Position numbers and translations under genes: made by a program. Of a stretch of DNA of 64,000 bases, positions 38,809 through 47,965 are shown piece by piece. This DNA is from an uncultured delta proteobacterium (GTDB taxonomy: Bacteria > Desulfobacterota > Binatia > Binatales > Binataceae). Location of the stretch: contig CAWFAJ010000010.1 of assembly GCA_963813785.1 (NCBI GenBank), positions 86,475 to 150,474 of the forward strand, written 5' to 3'. Position 1 is the stretch's first letter, and the number at the start of each line of letters is the position of its first letter. The notes beneath the pieces are model-generated. The model did no database searches, was not told where the DNA came from, and worked only from the letters and a program-made list of their open reading frames with translations.

Positions 38809-39375
38809 CTAGGGCTCGGGGCCTGGCGGCGCAAGCAGCAAGGCGAATCCATCGGCGTCATGAAAATCCGGTTTGCCGGCCGGATGGCGAAGCGCCCAGT
38901 ACGAGAGCCCATCGCTCGCCTCGATGACCGCCGAGAGCCCGATACGCAGCGAAGCACGCGGGTGGATGGCAGACAGACTATCGAGACGGACAAGGGCGTC
39001 GAGCTCAAGCCGACTACCCGTAGAGCGAACGGCAATATGCGGGCGCATCATTTCATTCGCAACAGGACCGCCGTCGCGATAGCCGCGGAAAGCGTAGACG
39101 GCCCACTCCCCCGACGGCGCGAAGTTGAACTCGTGGTACGCCGGTTGCCCGTCCACCGCGATGAAGGCCTCGAAGCAGGTGTGGCGCCAGAGCTGGGTAG
39201 CGATGCGCGACACGCCCGGCGGAGAGACCCGGATTCGGGGAATATCTCCGTCGAGACGGAAGGTCATCTGGAGTTCAGCGCCGGCCGAGCGGCGTACGAG
39301 CACTCCAATGGCGCGCACCGTCTCAGGGTGTGTCGACGGATGGCACCTGAGGTCGATCCAGCGTTCGACGGTCAT
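38809..39375 (-). CDS. DOMON-like domain protein
   Basis: LWRHTCFEAF, YHEFNFAPSGEW, GLSAVIE, SYWALRHP, PDFH; start uncertain (39375-39471). Confidence 0.85.
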   Translation of the reverse strand: MTVERWIDLRCHPSTHPETVRAIGVLVRRSAGAELQMTFRLDGDIPRIRVSPPGVSRIATQLWRHTCFEAFIAVDGQPAYHEFNFAPSGEWAVYAFRGYRDGGPVANEMMRPHIAVRSTGSRLELDALVRLDSLSAIHPRASLRIGLSAVIEASDGLSYWALRHPAGKPDFHDADGFALLLAPPGPEP

Positions 39376-39732
39376 AACGGGCTCGGTGGCCGCAATGGGA
39401 TCGCTCTCCGATCGGAATATCGAGTCAATCGTGTTCGTGTGCGGAGAGTCTGGCGTCCGACGATGCGGCATCAGCAGACAGCTTTTCCAGCTCGGTTTCG
39501 GAAGTTGGGCTACGCTTGCCGGTCATAGACCTCGCGCCGAACACAGCGCTCAGGTTCAGGTTGCCTGAATCTGCGCTATTGGCCCGCTGACGTCAAACCT
39601 CCGCTCCGGCGCCTCAAGCAGTTTGCCCCGGGGAACCGCCGGATTTTCCTCGAGCGGCAATGATGATAGTTGAAGCGATCTGTTCAGGTTGCAGGCTCTA
39701 AGTCACAAGTCAGCGGATCCAAGAGAAAGACC

Positions 39733-40783
39733 ATGGATTTTGGAATTGCGTTACCCTCGATGCTCGATGCGTGGAAAACCGTCAAGCGCGCCGAGGAGCT
39801 GGGTCTCTCACACGCGTGGTTCTACGACACCCAGATGGTGTCGCCGGACATATTTCGTCACGATGGCTCTGGCAGCGGACAAGACCTCCCGAATAAAGCT
39901 CGGCATGGGAGTCATGGTGCCAACCAACCGGATCGCGCCGGTCGCGGCCAATGGGCTCGCGTCACTCAACAAGCTCGCGCCCGGCCGGATTATTTTCGGT
40001 GTAGGTACCGGCTTCACTGCGCGCAATACGATGGGGCTGGGGCCGATGCCGCTTGCAGAGATGCGTGAGTATATCCGCGTCGTTCGCGAGTTGTTGTCCG
40101 GCAACATGGTCGAATGGGAGTGTGAGGGCGCGCGCCGCAAGATCCGTTTTCTGAATCCGGAGGGTTTTATCAATATTACCGATAGGATTCCGCTGCATAT
40201 TTCGGCTTTCGCGCCCAAGGCGCGCAAACTCACCGCCGAGATCGCAGACGGATGGATGACGTTTTCGTCCTCGGTAGCGCGTGCGATCTACGAAGCCGGC
40301 GAGCTGGCGAAATCGTGCGAGGCTCTTGGGCGCGCTCCCCGGAGTCTGTACCGAACGGTGTTTGCGCTGGGATGCGTGCTGGGCGAAAAAGAATCTGCGG
40401 CGAGCGCGCGAGCCAAGGCTCAGGCGGGTCCGATGTCCGCGGTATTTCTGCATGGATTGGTCGAAGCCACGCTCGGACTGAATCTGCCGCCGGAAATTCA
40501 GCCGGTGCTCGAGAGTTATCGCAAGCAGCACGCTAGCTATCAGCCGGCCGATGCGCGCTACCTGCAGATGCACACTATGCATTTACTCGGCGTGCGGCCG
40601 GAAGAGGAGAAATTCCTGTCTCCGGAATTTATCGCGGCAACCACTTTTACCGCGACCGCGCCCGAACTGCGCGATCGGATCCGCGCGCTCGGCGAAGGTG
40701 GCTACGATCAATTCGTCGTTCAACTCGTGCCGGGACATGAGTCCGCGCTGGAAGACTGGGTGCGGGTCTTCGAAAGCGTCTGA
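39733..40783 (+). CDS. LLM class flavin-dependent oxidoreductase, split by +1 frameshift at ~39855
   Basis: MDFGIALP..AWFYDTQ..SPDIF then next frame VTMALAA..APGRIIFGVGTG..IADGW. Confidence 0.85.
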
Positions 40784-40903
40784 TACTGAACGCATCGAGG
40801 GACACGAATTCGCCGGCGACCATTATCAATACGTACGGCTTCAGGTTTTGAATAGGCACGCGGGCGGGCGTCCGCATTCACGGCGCGCGGAGGATCAAAA
40901 GTC

Positions 40904-41075
40904 ATGAACGCTGAAGAGTTCCATCGGACGCGGAAATTTGCAGACACACCGTTTGGCCGTATTGCTTATGTCGAGCGCGGCTCGGGGCCGGTGGCGCTGT
41001 TCCTACACGGCTTTCCGCTCAACGGTTTCGCCTGGCGCGACTTGCTTGGCGAACTCGGCAGGGTACGGCGCGCTG
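40904..41075 (+). pseudogene. Alpha/beta hydrolase 5' fragment
   Basis: GRIAYVERGSGPVALFLHGFPLNGFAWRD..L..VRR; similarity then ends and no nucleophile motif follows. Confidence 0.7.
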
Positions 41076-41211
41076 CGCCGCGTAAGGCCGGCGATGGCGC
41101 AGCGCGGGATGCGCTTTGGCGGCTATACCCTGGCCCTCGACGACAAATGGGCCGCGCGCCGCAAAATCAGGCTTGCTCCGACGCGACTCGGAGCGATACA
41201 AGCGGTGCTTG

Positions 41212-41694
41212 ATGCTTAGTCTCCGCTTGGGCGTGCTGTTCATCCATATCGTCGCCGTGATCGTCGCGCTGGGCGGCTCGCTGTTCAGCACTTTCGCGCT
41301 CGCTCCCGTTTTGGCGGCGGAACTCGATCCGCCGGCGCGGCTGCGCGTCGCGCGCCGAATCGTTCGCCGCCTGGGCGCGATCGTGCTTACCTCGCTGGCG
41401 GTGCTGGTGGTGACGGGAATCTTCAACGTGCTGTTCATCGGCGGCGTTTCGATTCTGCTGGCGATCAAATTGATTCTCGTCGTTGTGGTTATCGCCCTGG
41501 CGCTTTATCAATATGGAAGCATCGGCGCGCAGATCTGGATGATCTCGGCGGCGGGTCCGAGTCCGGAAGTCGCAGACCTCCAGGCGCGCTTTCGCCGCGT
41601 CGGTCTGGCCGCCGGCGCGATCGTGTTGCTGATTGTCTATCTCTCGATCGGACTCACGCGCGGCTCAGGCGCGATTGTCACGTCCATTCGCTGA
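41212..41694 (+). CDS. 4-TM membrane protein (CopD/DUF4149-like)
   Basis: LFIHIVAVIVALGG, LVVTGIFN, LAIKLILV. Confidence 0.7.
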   Translation: MLSLRLGVLFIHIVAVIVALGGSLFSTFALAPVLAAELDPPARLRVARRIVRRLGAIVLTSLAVLVVTGIFNVLFIGGVSILLAIKLILVVVVIALALYQYGSIGAQIWMISAAGPSPEVADLQARFRRVGLAAGAIVLLIVYLSIGLTRGSGAIVTSIR

Positions 41695-41704
41695 GGGTCC
41701 ACGG

Positions 41705-42259
41705 ATGCCACGAAAAAAATCGCCGCGCGCAACGCCCGCCTGGATGCGGCGGCTAACCGCGCTCGCGATCGCTCTGGGCGTTATCGCGACGCTCAGCTAC
41801 GGCACGGGCGCGCATATAGCAGTGCGATACCTCAATCCGCCGCTGGGCGCGTGGTGGAATTCCAGCGAGTTTGCAATCGTCGAGTGCGCCGCGGCGGCGG
41901 CCGGAATGTTGATCGGAATTCGCATCGGGGCGCGATTGGTAACTGGCGGCGCGCTCAGGAACCGCTCGATGATAGCCGCGGTAATTGTTTGCGCGCTGAT
42001 GCTGCCGATCGTCGGGCGGGTCGGCGCCGAAATTGCCCGGCTTAGATTCACCAGCGGCGCATCCGCCAACGCATGGCTCATCGACCGCTTCGGCTACGAC
42101 GTGGGAATGACCTTTGACAAGCTTCTGGCAGCAGGCGTTTACTCGATCAAAATCGCGGCATTTGCGCTTCCGGTAGGGATGGTTCTCTTCGGTGCGGCGA
42201 TTGCTATGTTCATGACTGCAAAACCTGTTGGCGACACCGCCGCCGCAATTTCCAAATGA
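41705..42259 (+). CDS. Hypothetical membrane protein (4 TM)
   Basis: Hydrophobic segments; stop overlaps next start (ATGA). Confidence 0.65.
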   Translation: MPRKKSPRATPAWMRRLTALAIALGVIATLSYGTGAHIAVRYLNPPLGAWWNSSEFAIVECAAAAAGMLIGIRIGARLVTGGALRNRSMIAAVIVCALMLPIVGRVGAEIARLRFTSGASANAWLIDRFGYDVGMTFDKLLAAGVYSIKIAAFALPVGMVLFGAAIAMFMTAKPVGDTAAAISK

Positions 42260-42927
42260 ATCGAGACGACCGCAAACCCCGCAAACCGCCCGGCATCAGC
42301 CGCCGATCGTTCATCAAGGGCGCCGGCGCGGTCGCTGCGGCGGCGGGCCTGGTGCGCGCGCGGCCGGCAGCCGCCGATGAAAAGCGGCTACCGGCAGGTG
42401 TCGCAGAAAAGCTCGGGCCTGAAGCTGCGACGATCGAACTGAATATCAACGGCAAGCCCGTGGCGCTCGAGGTCGAGCCACGCGTAACCCTGCTAAGCGC
42501 GCTCCGGGAACATCTTGGACTGACAGGCACGAAGCTCGTCTGCGATCGGGGCGCGTGCGGGGCATGCACCGTGCATCTCGACGGCAAATCGGTGACGTCG
42601 TGCATGGTGCTGGCGATCGACGCGCGTGGACACCAAATCACCACCATCGAAGGTCTCGGCACGCCGTCGAATATGCATCCGGTGCAGGCCGCATTCGTCG
42701 AAACCGACGCGCTGCAATGCGGGTTCTGCACGCCGGGGATGGTGATGTCGGTCGCGGCCGCGCTCGAGCGCAATCCGGCAGCCACGACTGACGAAATCAA
42801 ACACGCAACCGCCGGAAATATCTGCCGATGCGGCACTTATCCGCACGTCTTCGCGGCCGCTCTCAGAGCCGTTAAGCCTGCACCTGCGAGATCCGCGCGT
42901 TCGGTCCGCGCGGCAAAGGACGCCTGA
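42256..42927 (+). CDS. Xanthine dehydrogenase family 2Fe-2S subunit with TAT signal (PaoA/YagT-like)
   Basis: SRRSFIK twin-Arg; CDRGACGAC..C; QCGFCTPG; CRC. Confidence 0.93.
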   Translation: MNRDDRKPRKPPGISRRSFIKGAGAVAAAAGLVRARPAAADEKRLPAGVAEKLGPEAATIELNINGKPVALEVEPRVTLLSALREHLGLTGTKLVCDRGACGACTVHLDGKSVTSCMVLAIDARGHQITTIEGLGTPSNMHPVQAAFVETDALQCGFCTPGMVMSVAAALERNPAATTDEIKHATAGNICRCGTYPHVFAAALRAVKPAPARSARSVRAAKDA

Positions 42928-45134
42928 TGTCGCGGCGCGTCACGCTCAACCTCGGCTTTGAGGGCAACACCCGCGAGGTCACGGTCGTCATTCCCGACGA
43001 CGAGCCGACGCCGTGGCAATGGGGCGAGCGCCTGTCCGTGGTCGGCAAGCCCACGGCGCGCGTTGACGGACCACTGAAAGCGACCGGCGCTGCGCGTTAC
43101 ACTTACGATATCGAATTGCCGGGGATGCTTTACGGCGCGATCCTGCGCAGTCCGTGGCCGCACGCGCGGATTCGCGACATCGATCTGTCCGCGGCTCAGC
43201 ATCTCGAAGGCGTGCGCGCGGTTCTTGCACTTGAAGATCGCGAAATCCGTTTCGCCGGCCAGGAAGTCGCAGCGGTTGCCGCCATCAGTTCCGATCTGGC
43301 CGCCGACGCGCTCAAGTTGATCAAAGTCGATTACGAAACGCTGCGGTTCGTGGTTAATATGGACCGCGCAATGTCGGATTCCGCCCCGCGCGTTTTCGGC
43401 AGCGGATCCAACGTGGGCAGGACCTCGACTTCGAGCGTCGGCGACGTCGCGCGAGGACTCGAGGTCGCGGCGAACACGATCGAGGCTACCTACACGACGC
43501 CCGTGCAGACGCACGTCTGCCTCGAGACGCACGGCGCGGTTGCGAGCTTCAACCCGGCGGGAGACCAGCTCACGGTTTGGTGCTCGACGCAGGGTGTTTT
43601 TTCCGCGCGCGACGATCTGGCGGTGTATTTCAGTTTGCCACCCGACAATGTGCGCGTAGTCTGCGAGTTCCTCGGCGGCGGCTTCGGCTCGAAATTCGGT
43701 GCGACTCCCGAAATGATTGTTGCCGCGCGCCTGGCCAAGGCGGCCGGTGTGCCGGTCAAGGTGATGCTCCCGCGCGGCGACGAGCATCGTTCGACAGGTA
43801 ACCGCCCGAACTCGGAGCAGAAGGTCAGGCTGGGGGTCGATCGCGACGGAAAGTTGACCGCGATCGATCTGGTGCAACGCGGAAGCGGCGGGATCGGCGG
43901 CGGTTCGGGCAGCGCGGGTCCGTTCAAGTCGATCTATCGATGCGCCAATATCCGCACCGAGGAACGCAACATCTATACGAACGCCGGTCCCTCGTCTCCG
44001 ATGCGCGCGCCCGGCTGGCCGCAGGGATGCTTCGCGCTGGAACTCGCGATGGACGAGATGGCGCGCAAGGCGGGAATCGACAGACTCGAGTTGCGCCGCC
44101 GCAACAGCGACAACCCGGTTCGCGGGGCCGAATACGAGATCGGCGCGCGCGCGTTCGGATGGGCCGAAAAAAATTCGTCAGCGAAATCCAGCGGCGCCGT
44201 CAAGCGCGGAGTCGGCGTCGCGTCCGCCGAGTGGCACGCGGTCGGAGTGTCGGGCCCGGAGGCGCAGGTGATCGCGCATCGCGACGGGATCGTCGAGGTC
44301 CGCGTCGGCACCCAGGACATCGGCACCGGCACGCGCACGATTCTCGCGATCGTCGCGGCCGAGGAACTCGGCCTGCCCGTGGATCGCGTAAAGTCCGAAA
44401 TCGGCGACACCCGATTTCTCTTTTCAGTACCCAGCGGCGGCAGCCTGACCGCGCCCTCGAATACACCCGCGGTGCGCCAGGCCGCGGCGCATCTCAAGGA
44501 CAAGCTGTTGCGGATCGCGGCGCCGCTACTTGGCGCCGAACCCGGCGACCTCGAGGCGTCCGACGGATTCATTCGGGTGCGCACCAACCCCTCGCGCTCG
44601 CTGGCGTTTGCCGACGTATGCAAGCGAATCCCCGGCGATTCGATTTCCGCGCAGGGCGAGCGGGTGCCCAACTACGAAGGCTTTCGGACCGATCAGGCGG
44701 GATGTCAGTTCGCCGAAGTCGAGGTCGATACCGAAACCGGGATCGTCCGCGTGACGCAGGTGGTCGCGGTCCACGACGCGGGACGGATTATCGATCCGCT
44801 GATGGCGCGCAGCCAGGTCAACGGCGGGATCCTGATGGGAATCGGGTTCGCGCTGTTCGAGGATCGACGGATGGATCCGCAGCTCGGCATCATGGTGAAT
44901 CCCACGATGGACGACTACAAGCTTCCCGGCTCGCTCGACGTCCCGCGGATCGACGTGACGTTTTTCGAAGTCGCCAACGGCATCACCAATACCGGCGTGA
45001 TGGGACTCGGCGAGGTGGCGCACGTAGCAAGCACGGCCGCGATTGCATGTGCGGTGTACGACGCGATAGGCGTGCCGGTGCGTTCACTTCCGATCACGCC
45101 CGATCGCGTGCTGGCGGCTCTGGGACGCGCGTGA
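42927..45134 (+). CDS. Xanthine dehydrogenase family molybdopterin-binding subunit (PaoC/YagR-like)
   Basis: KATGAARY, GGGFGSK, MRAPG, QDIGTG, QVNGG, GLGE. Confidence 0.93.
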   Translation: MSRRVTLNLGFEGNTREVTVVIPDDEPTPWQWGERLSVVGKPTARVDGPLKATGAARYTYDIELPGMLYGAILRSPWPHARIRDIDLSAAQHLEGVRAVLALEDREIRFAGQEVAAVAAISSDLAADALKLIKVDYETLRFVVNMDRAMSDSAPRVFGSGSNVGRTSTSSVGDVARGLEVAANTIEATYTTPVQTHVCLETHGAVASFNPAGDQLTVWCSTQGVFSARDDLAVYFSLPPDNVRVVCEFLGGGFGSKFGATPEMIVAARLAKAAGVPVKVMLPRGDEHRSTGNRPNSEQKVRLGVDRDGKLTAIDLVQRGSGGIGGGSGSAGPFKSIYRCANIRTEERNIYTNAGPSSPMRAPGWPQGCFALELAMDEMARKAGIDRLELRRRNSDNPVRGAEYEIGARAFGWAEKNSSAKSSGAVKRGVGVASAEWHAVGVSGPEAQVIAHRDGIVEVRVGTQDIGTGTRTILAIVAAEELGLPVDRVKSEIGDTRFLFSVPSGGSLTAPSNTPAVRQAAAHLKDKLLRIAAPLLGAEPGDLEASDGFIRVRTNPSRSLAFADVCKRIPGDSISAQGERVPNYEGFRTDQAGCQFAEVEVDTETGIVRVTQVVAVHDAGRIIDPLMARSQVNGGILMGIGFALFEDRRMDPQLGIMVNPTMDDYKLPGSLDVPRIDVTFFEVANGITNTGVMGLGEVAHVASTAAIACAVYDAIGVPVRSLPITPDRVLAALGRA

Positions 45135-45150
45135 AGGATTTGGAATTGCG

Positions 45151-46143
45151 ATGAACCGATTCGAGGTGATCACGCCGACCGATCTCGCAAGCGCCTCACG
45201 ACTGCTTGCCCAGGACGGCCACGTCGCATTCGCAGGCGGGGTCGATGTCCTCGATCTGTCGAAGCAAGGCGTCGTATCTCCAACCGCGCTGGTGAATTTG
45301 AAGGGTCTGAAGGAACTCGGTGGAATCGAGGTGCGCCCGTCGGGGGACCTTCGCCTCGGTGCGACCGCGAAGCTGAGCGAAGTCGCCGAGCATCCCGCGA
45401 TCCGCGCCCGCTTCACCGTTATTGCGCAAGCCGCGAGCGAGACGGCCACGGCGCAGATTCGCAATCTCGGCACGGTCGGCGGCAATCTCCTGCAGCGCCC
45501 GCGATGCTGGTATTTTCGCAATCCCGACGTGAATTGCCTGAAGAAGGGCGGCGACACGTGCTACGCGATCAGCGGCCTCAATCGTTACCACGCGATTTTG
45601 GGCGGTGGTCCGGCGTTCATCGTGCATCCGTCGAATCTTGCGCCCGCGTTGATCGCGATGCGCGCGAGCGCGACGATCCTTGGCCCGGCCGGCGAGCGCA
45701 CGATAGAGCTTGAAAAATTTTTCACGCTTCCTACTGTCGATCCGAAGCGCGAAAATTCTCTCAAGTCCGGCGAAATAATCACCGCAGTGATAGTGCCCGC
45801 GCCGTCTGCGGGCGTGAGCAGCCATTACCGGGAGGCGCGCGAGAAGCAGAGTTTCGATTGGCCGCTGGTCAGCGTCGCGATCGCGCTGGATCGCGCGCCC
45901 GGCGCGAAGACCGTCCGCGATGCGCGCGTGGTCATGGGCGCGGTGGCTCCGGTGCCGTGGCGATCGTACGAAGCGGAAGCCGCGCTCAAAGGCGGACCGC
46001 TCGACGAGTCGCGTGCTCGCGCCGCGGCCGAAGCCGCGCTGAAAGACGCGCGGCCGATGTCCGACAACGGGTACAAGGTGGTGATTGCCAGGGTGATCGT
46101 GCGCCGCGCAATCATGGCCGCCGCCGGCCTGGAGGCCGCCTGA
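45151..46143 (+). CDS. Xanthine dehydrogenase family FAD subunit (PaoB/YagS-like)
   Basis: AGGVD, QIRNLGTVGGNLLQRPRCWYFR, GAVAPVPW. Confidence 0.93.
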   Translation: MNRFEVITPTDLASASRLLAQDGHVAFAGGVDVLDLSKQGVVSPTALVNLKGLKELGGIEVRPSGDLRLGATAKLSEVAEHPAIRARFTVIAQAASETATAQIRNLGTVGGNLLQRPRCWYFRNPDVNCLKKGGDTCYAISGLNRYHAILGGGPAFIVHPSNLAPALIAMRASATILGPAGERTIELEKFFTLPTVDPKRENSLKSGEIITAVIVPAPSAGVSSHYREAREKQSFDWPLVSVAIALDRAPGAKTVRDARVVMGAVAPVPWRSYEAEAALKGGPLDESRARAAAEAALKDARPMSDNGYKVVIARVIVRRAIMAAAGLEAA

Positions 46144-46144
46144 A

Positions 46145-46351
46145 ATGCCCGCACCGTCCGCCAGATTCTGCGCTCATCTGCGCACCAAGACCGCCTACTA
46201 CCGCACGCCCGACGGCGAGCGGATTTTCAAACCCGACGACTCGACGGCGTGCTACACGTGCCTGAAGACGCAGCGGCCGGTGGGACCTGACGGGCGGCCG
46301 GCAGATGCGCAATCATGCGGGACGGACCGGGGATGTTTCGAGCAGGAATAA
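46145..46351 (+). CDS. Small Cys-rich protein (68 aa, 5 Cys)
   Basis: GGAGG RBS, starts 1 nt after FAD subunit stop; C9, C36-x2-C39, C58, C64, GPDG turn. Confidence 0.7.
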   Translation: MPAPSARFCAHLRTKTAYYRTPDGERIFKPDDSTACYTCLKTQRPVGPDGRPADAQSCGTDRGCFEQE

Positions 46352-46530
46352 AAAAATCCTGGACGAGGACCGAAACGCCGGCGCAAGGCGGCCGATGAGC
46401 GGCGAGAACCCGCTGTGGCGCGCGCCGCGCCTGAGCCAATCGGTTGACCGGCGATCGAGACACGATGATGCTGATGCAAGATTGAGGATTGTGACTGCGT
46501 GAAGAGCGCCGTGTCATTGCGGAGGACGAC

Positions 46531-47076
46531 ATGAGCCGCGTAGCGCCGATTTCAGAAGCCCAGGCCGAACCGGCCGCGCGCGAGGAGTTGCATCGCCAGC
46601 GCCTCGCGCACGGGCGCGTGACCAACATGAAGCTCACGCTGGCGCACTCACCGATCGCGCTGGAGGCGCTGATGCAGTGGTATCCGCTGCACGACGCGGT
46701 CGCGCGCTTCCTCGGCGAACGCGCGACGACGCTTTTCGTCCACGCGATCTCGGCCCAGACCGATTGCCTCATCTGTTCCACGTTCTTCCGCCGCCTGCTG
46801 ATCGAAGCCGGCGAAGACCCCGATTCGCTGAAGCTCAACGAGACCGAGCGCGCGGTGGTTGACTACGGCCGCCAGCTGGTCGTAGACGCCAATCGGGTGA
46901 GCGACGAGCTGTACGCGCGGCTTGAGAGTTTTCTTAAGCCCGCACAGATCGTCGAGCTTACGGCGTTCGGCGGAATTATGATCGCGACCAACGTCTTCAA
47001 CAACGCGCTGCGCGTCGATCTGGACGAATATCTCCAGCCGTTTCGGCACAAGGGTACCCCGCCGACGGCTGAATAG
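46531..47076 (+). CDS. Carboxymuconolactone decarboxylase / AhpD-like protein
   Basis: GGAGG RBS; TLAHSP, CLIC, VSDELYARL, QIVELT, NVFNNAL. Confidence 0.82.
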   Translation: MSRVAPISEAQAEPAAREELHRQRLAHGRVTNMKLTLAHSPIALEALMQWYPLHDAVARFLGERATTLFVHAISAQTDCLICSTFFRRLLIEAGEDPDSLKLNETERAVVDYGRQLVVDANRVSDELYARLESFLKPAQIVELTAFGGIMIATNVFNNALRVDLDEYLQPFRHKGTPPTAE

Positions 47077-47121
47077 CTCCGGCCGATGCATCATTGCGCG
47101 GAAATCCTTCGGGAGCGCATC

Positions 47122-47928
47122 GTGTACGACGACCTTCGAGACAAAGTGGCGCTGATTACCGGGGCGGCTCACGGTCAGGGCCGGGCCTGCGCTATCGCGC
47201 TCGCCCGCGAGGGTGTTCACATCGCTGCGCTGGACGTGGCGAGGCAGCTGGCTTACCCCGGTTACGCGCTCGGAACCGAGCACGAGCTGGACTCGGTTGC
47301 GGCCGAGATTCGGAGCCTCGGCGTGCGCGCGCTCGCGCTGGTCGCCGACGTGCGCGACAGCCGCGCCGTGGCGGCAGCCGTCGGGGAGGCGATCGAGACT
47401 TTCGGACGAATCGACATCCTCTTCAACAACGCGGGCATCTGCGCCTACGGTCTCGCGCAAGAGCTCAGCGAGGAAGCCTGGGACGCGATGTTGGACATCA
47501 ATCTGAAGGGCGCGTGGCTGGTGGCGAAGAACGTGATTCCGCGGATGATTTCCCGCCAGTCGGGAGTGATCATCAATAACTCGTCGGTTGCCGGGCTACG
47601 CGGCATGGCGCGGTTAAGTCACTATGCCGCCTCCAAGTGGGGACTGGTCGGATTGACGAAGTCGTGGGCGATCGAACTGGCGCCGCACAAAATTCGCGTG
47701 GTTTCGATTCATCCCACCGGCGTGAACACGCCAATGAATGACGGCCTGGCGTCGCTCGAGGGGAGTACGCCGCGGGAAATCGCCGAGCGCTCCGCCGGCA
47801 ATCTCCTCCCGGTGCCGTGGATCGAGCCCGAAGATGTGGCCGCGGCGGTGGTCTTTCTGTGCTCGGAACAGGCGCGATTCATCACGGGCTCCCAGTTCGT
47901 AATCGACGCGGGGTTGCTGAGCCGATGA
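47122..47928 (+). CDS. Mycofactocin-coupled-type SDR oxidoreductase
   Basis: TGAAHGQGR, insertion loop DVARQLAYPGYALGTEHEL, HYAASK, HPTGVNTPM, LLPVPWIEPED. Confidence 0.85.
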   Translation: MYDDLRDKVALITGAAHGQGRACAIALAREGVHIAALDVARQLAYPGYALGTEHELDSVAAEIRSLGVRALALVADVRDSRAVAAAVGEAIETFGRIDILFNNAGICAYGLAQELSEEAWDAMLDINLKGAWLVAKNVIPRMISRQSGVIINNSSVAGLRGMARLSHYAASKWGLVGLTKSWAIELAPHKIRVVSIHPTGVNTPMNDGLASLEGSTPREIAERSAGNLLPVPWIEPEDVAAAVVFLCSEQARFITGSQFVIDAGLLSR

Positions 47929-47965
47929 TGCACCGCGCGCCGCAACCGCGATGAGGGAGTCTCCA

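Noticed and set aside
39545-39577. Isolated hairpin between DOMON and LLM genes
   Set aside because: Single stem with no U tract or repeat copies; function unsupported
46359-46415. Hammerhead-like words CTGGACGAG..CGAAAC and CCGATGAG
   Set aside because: Core does not match CUGANGA...GAAA with valid stems I-III
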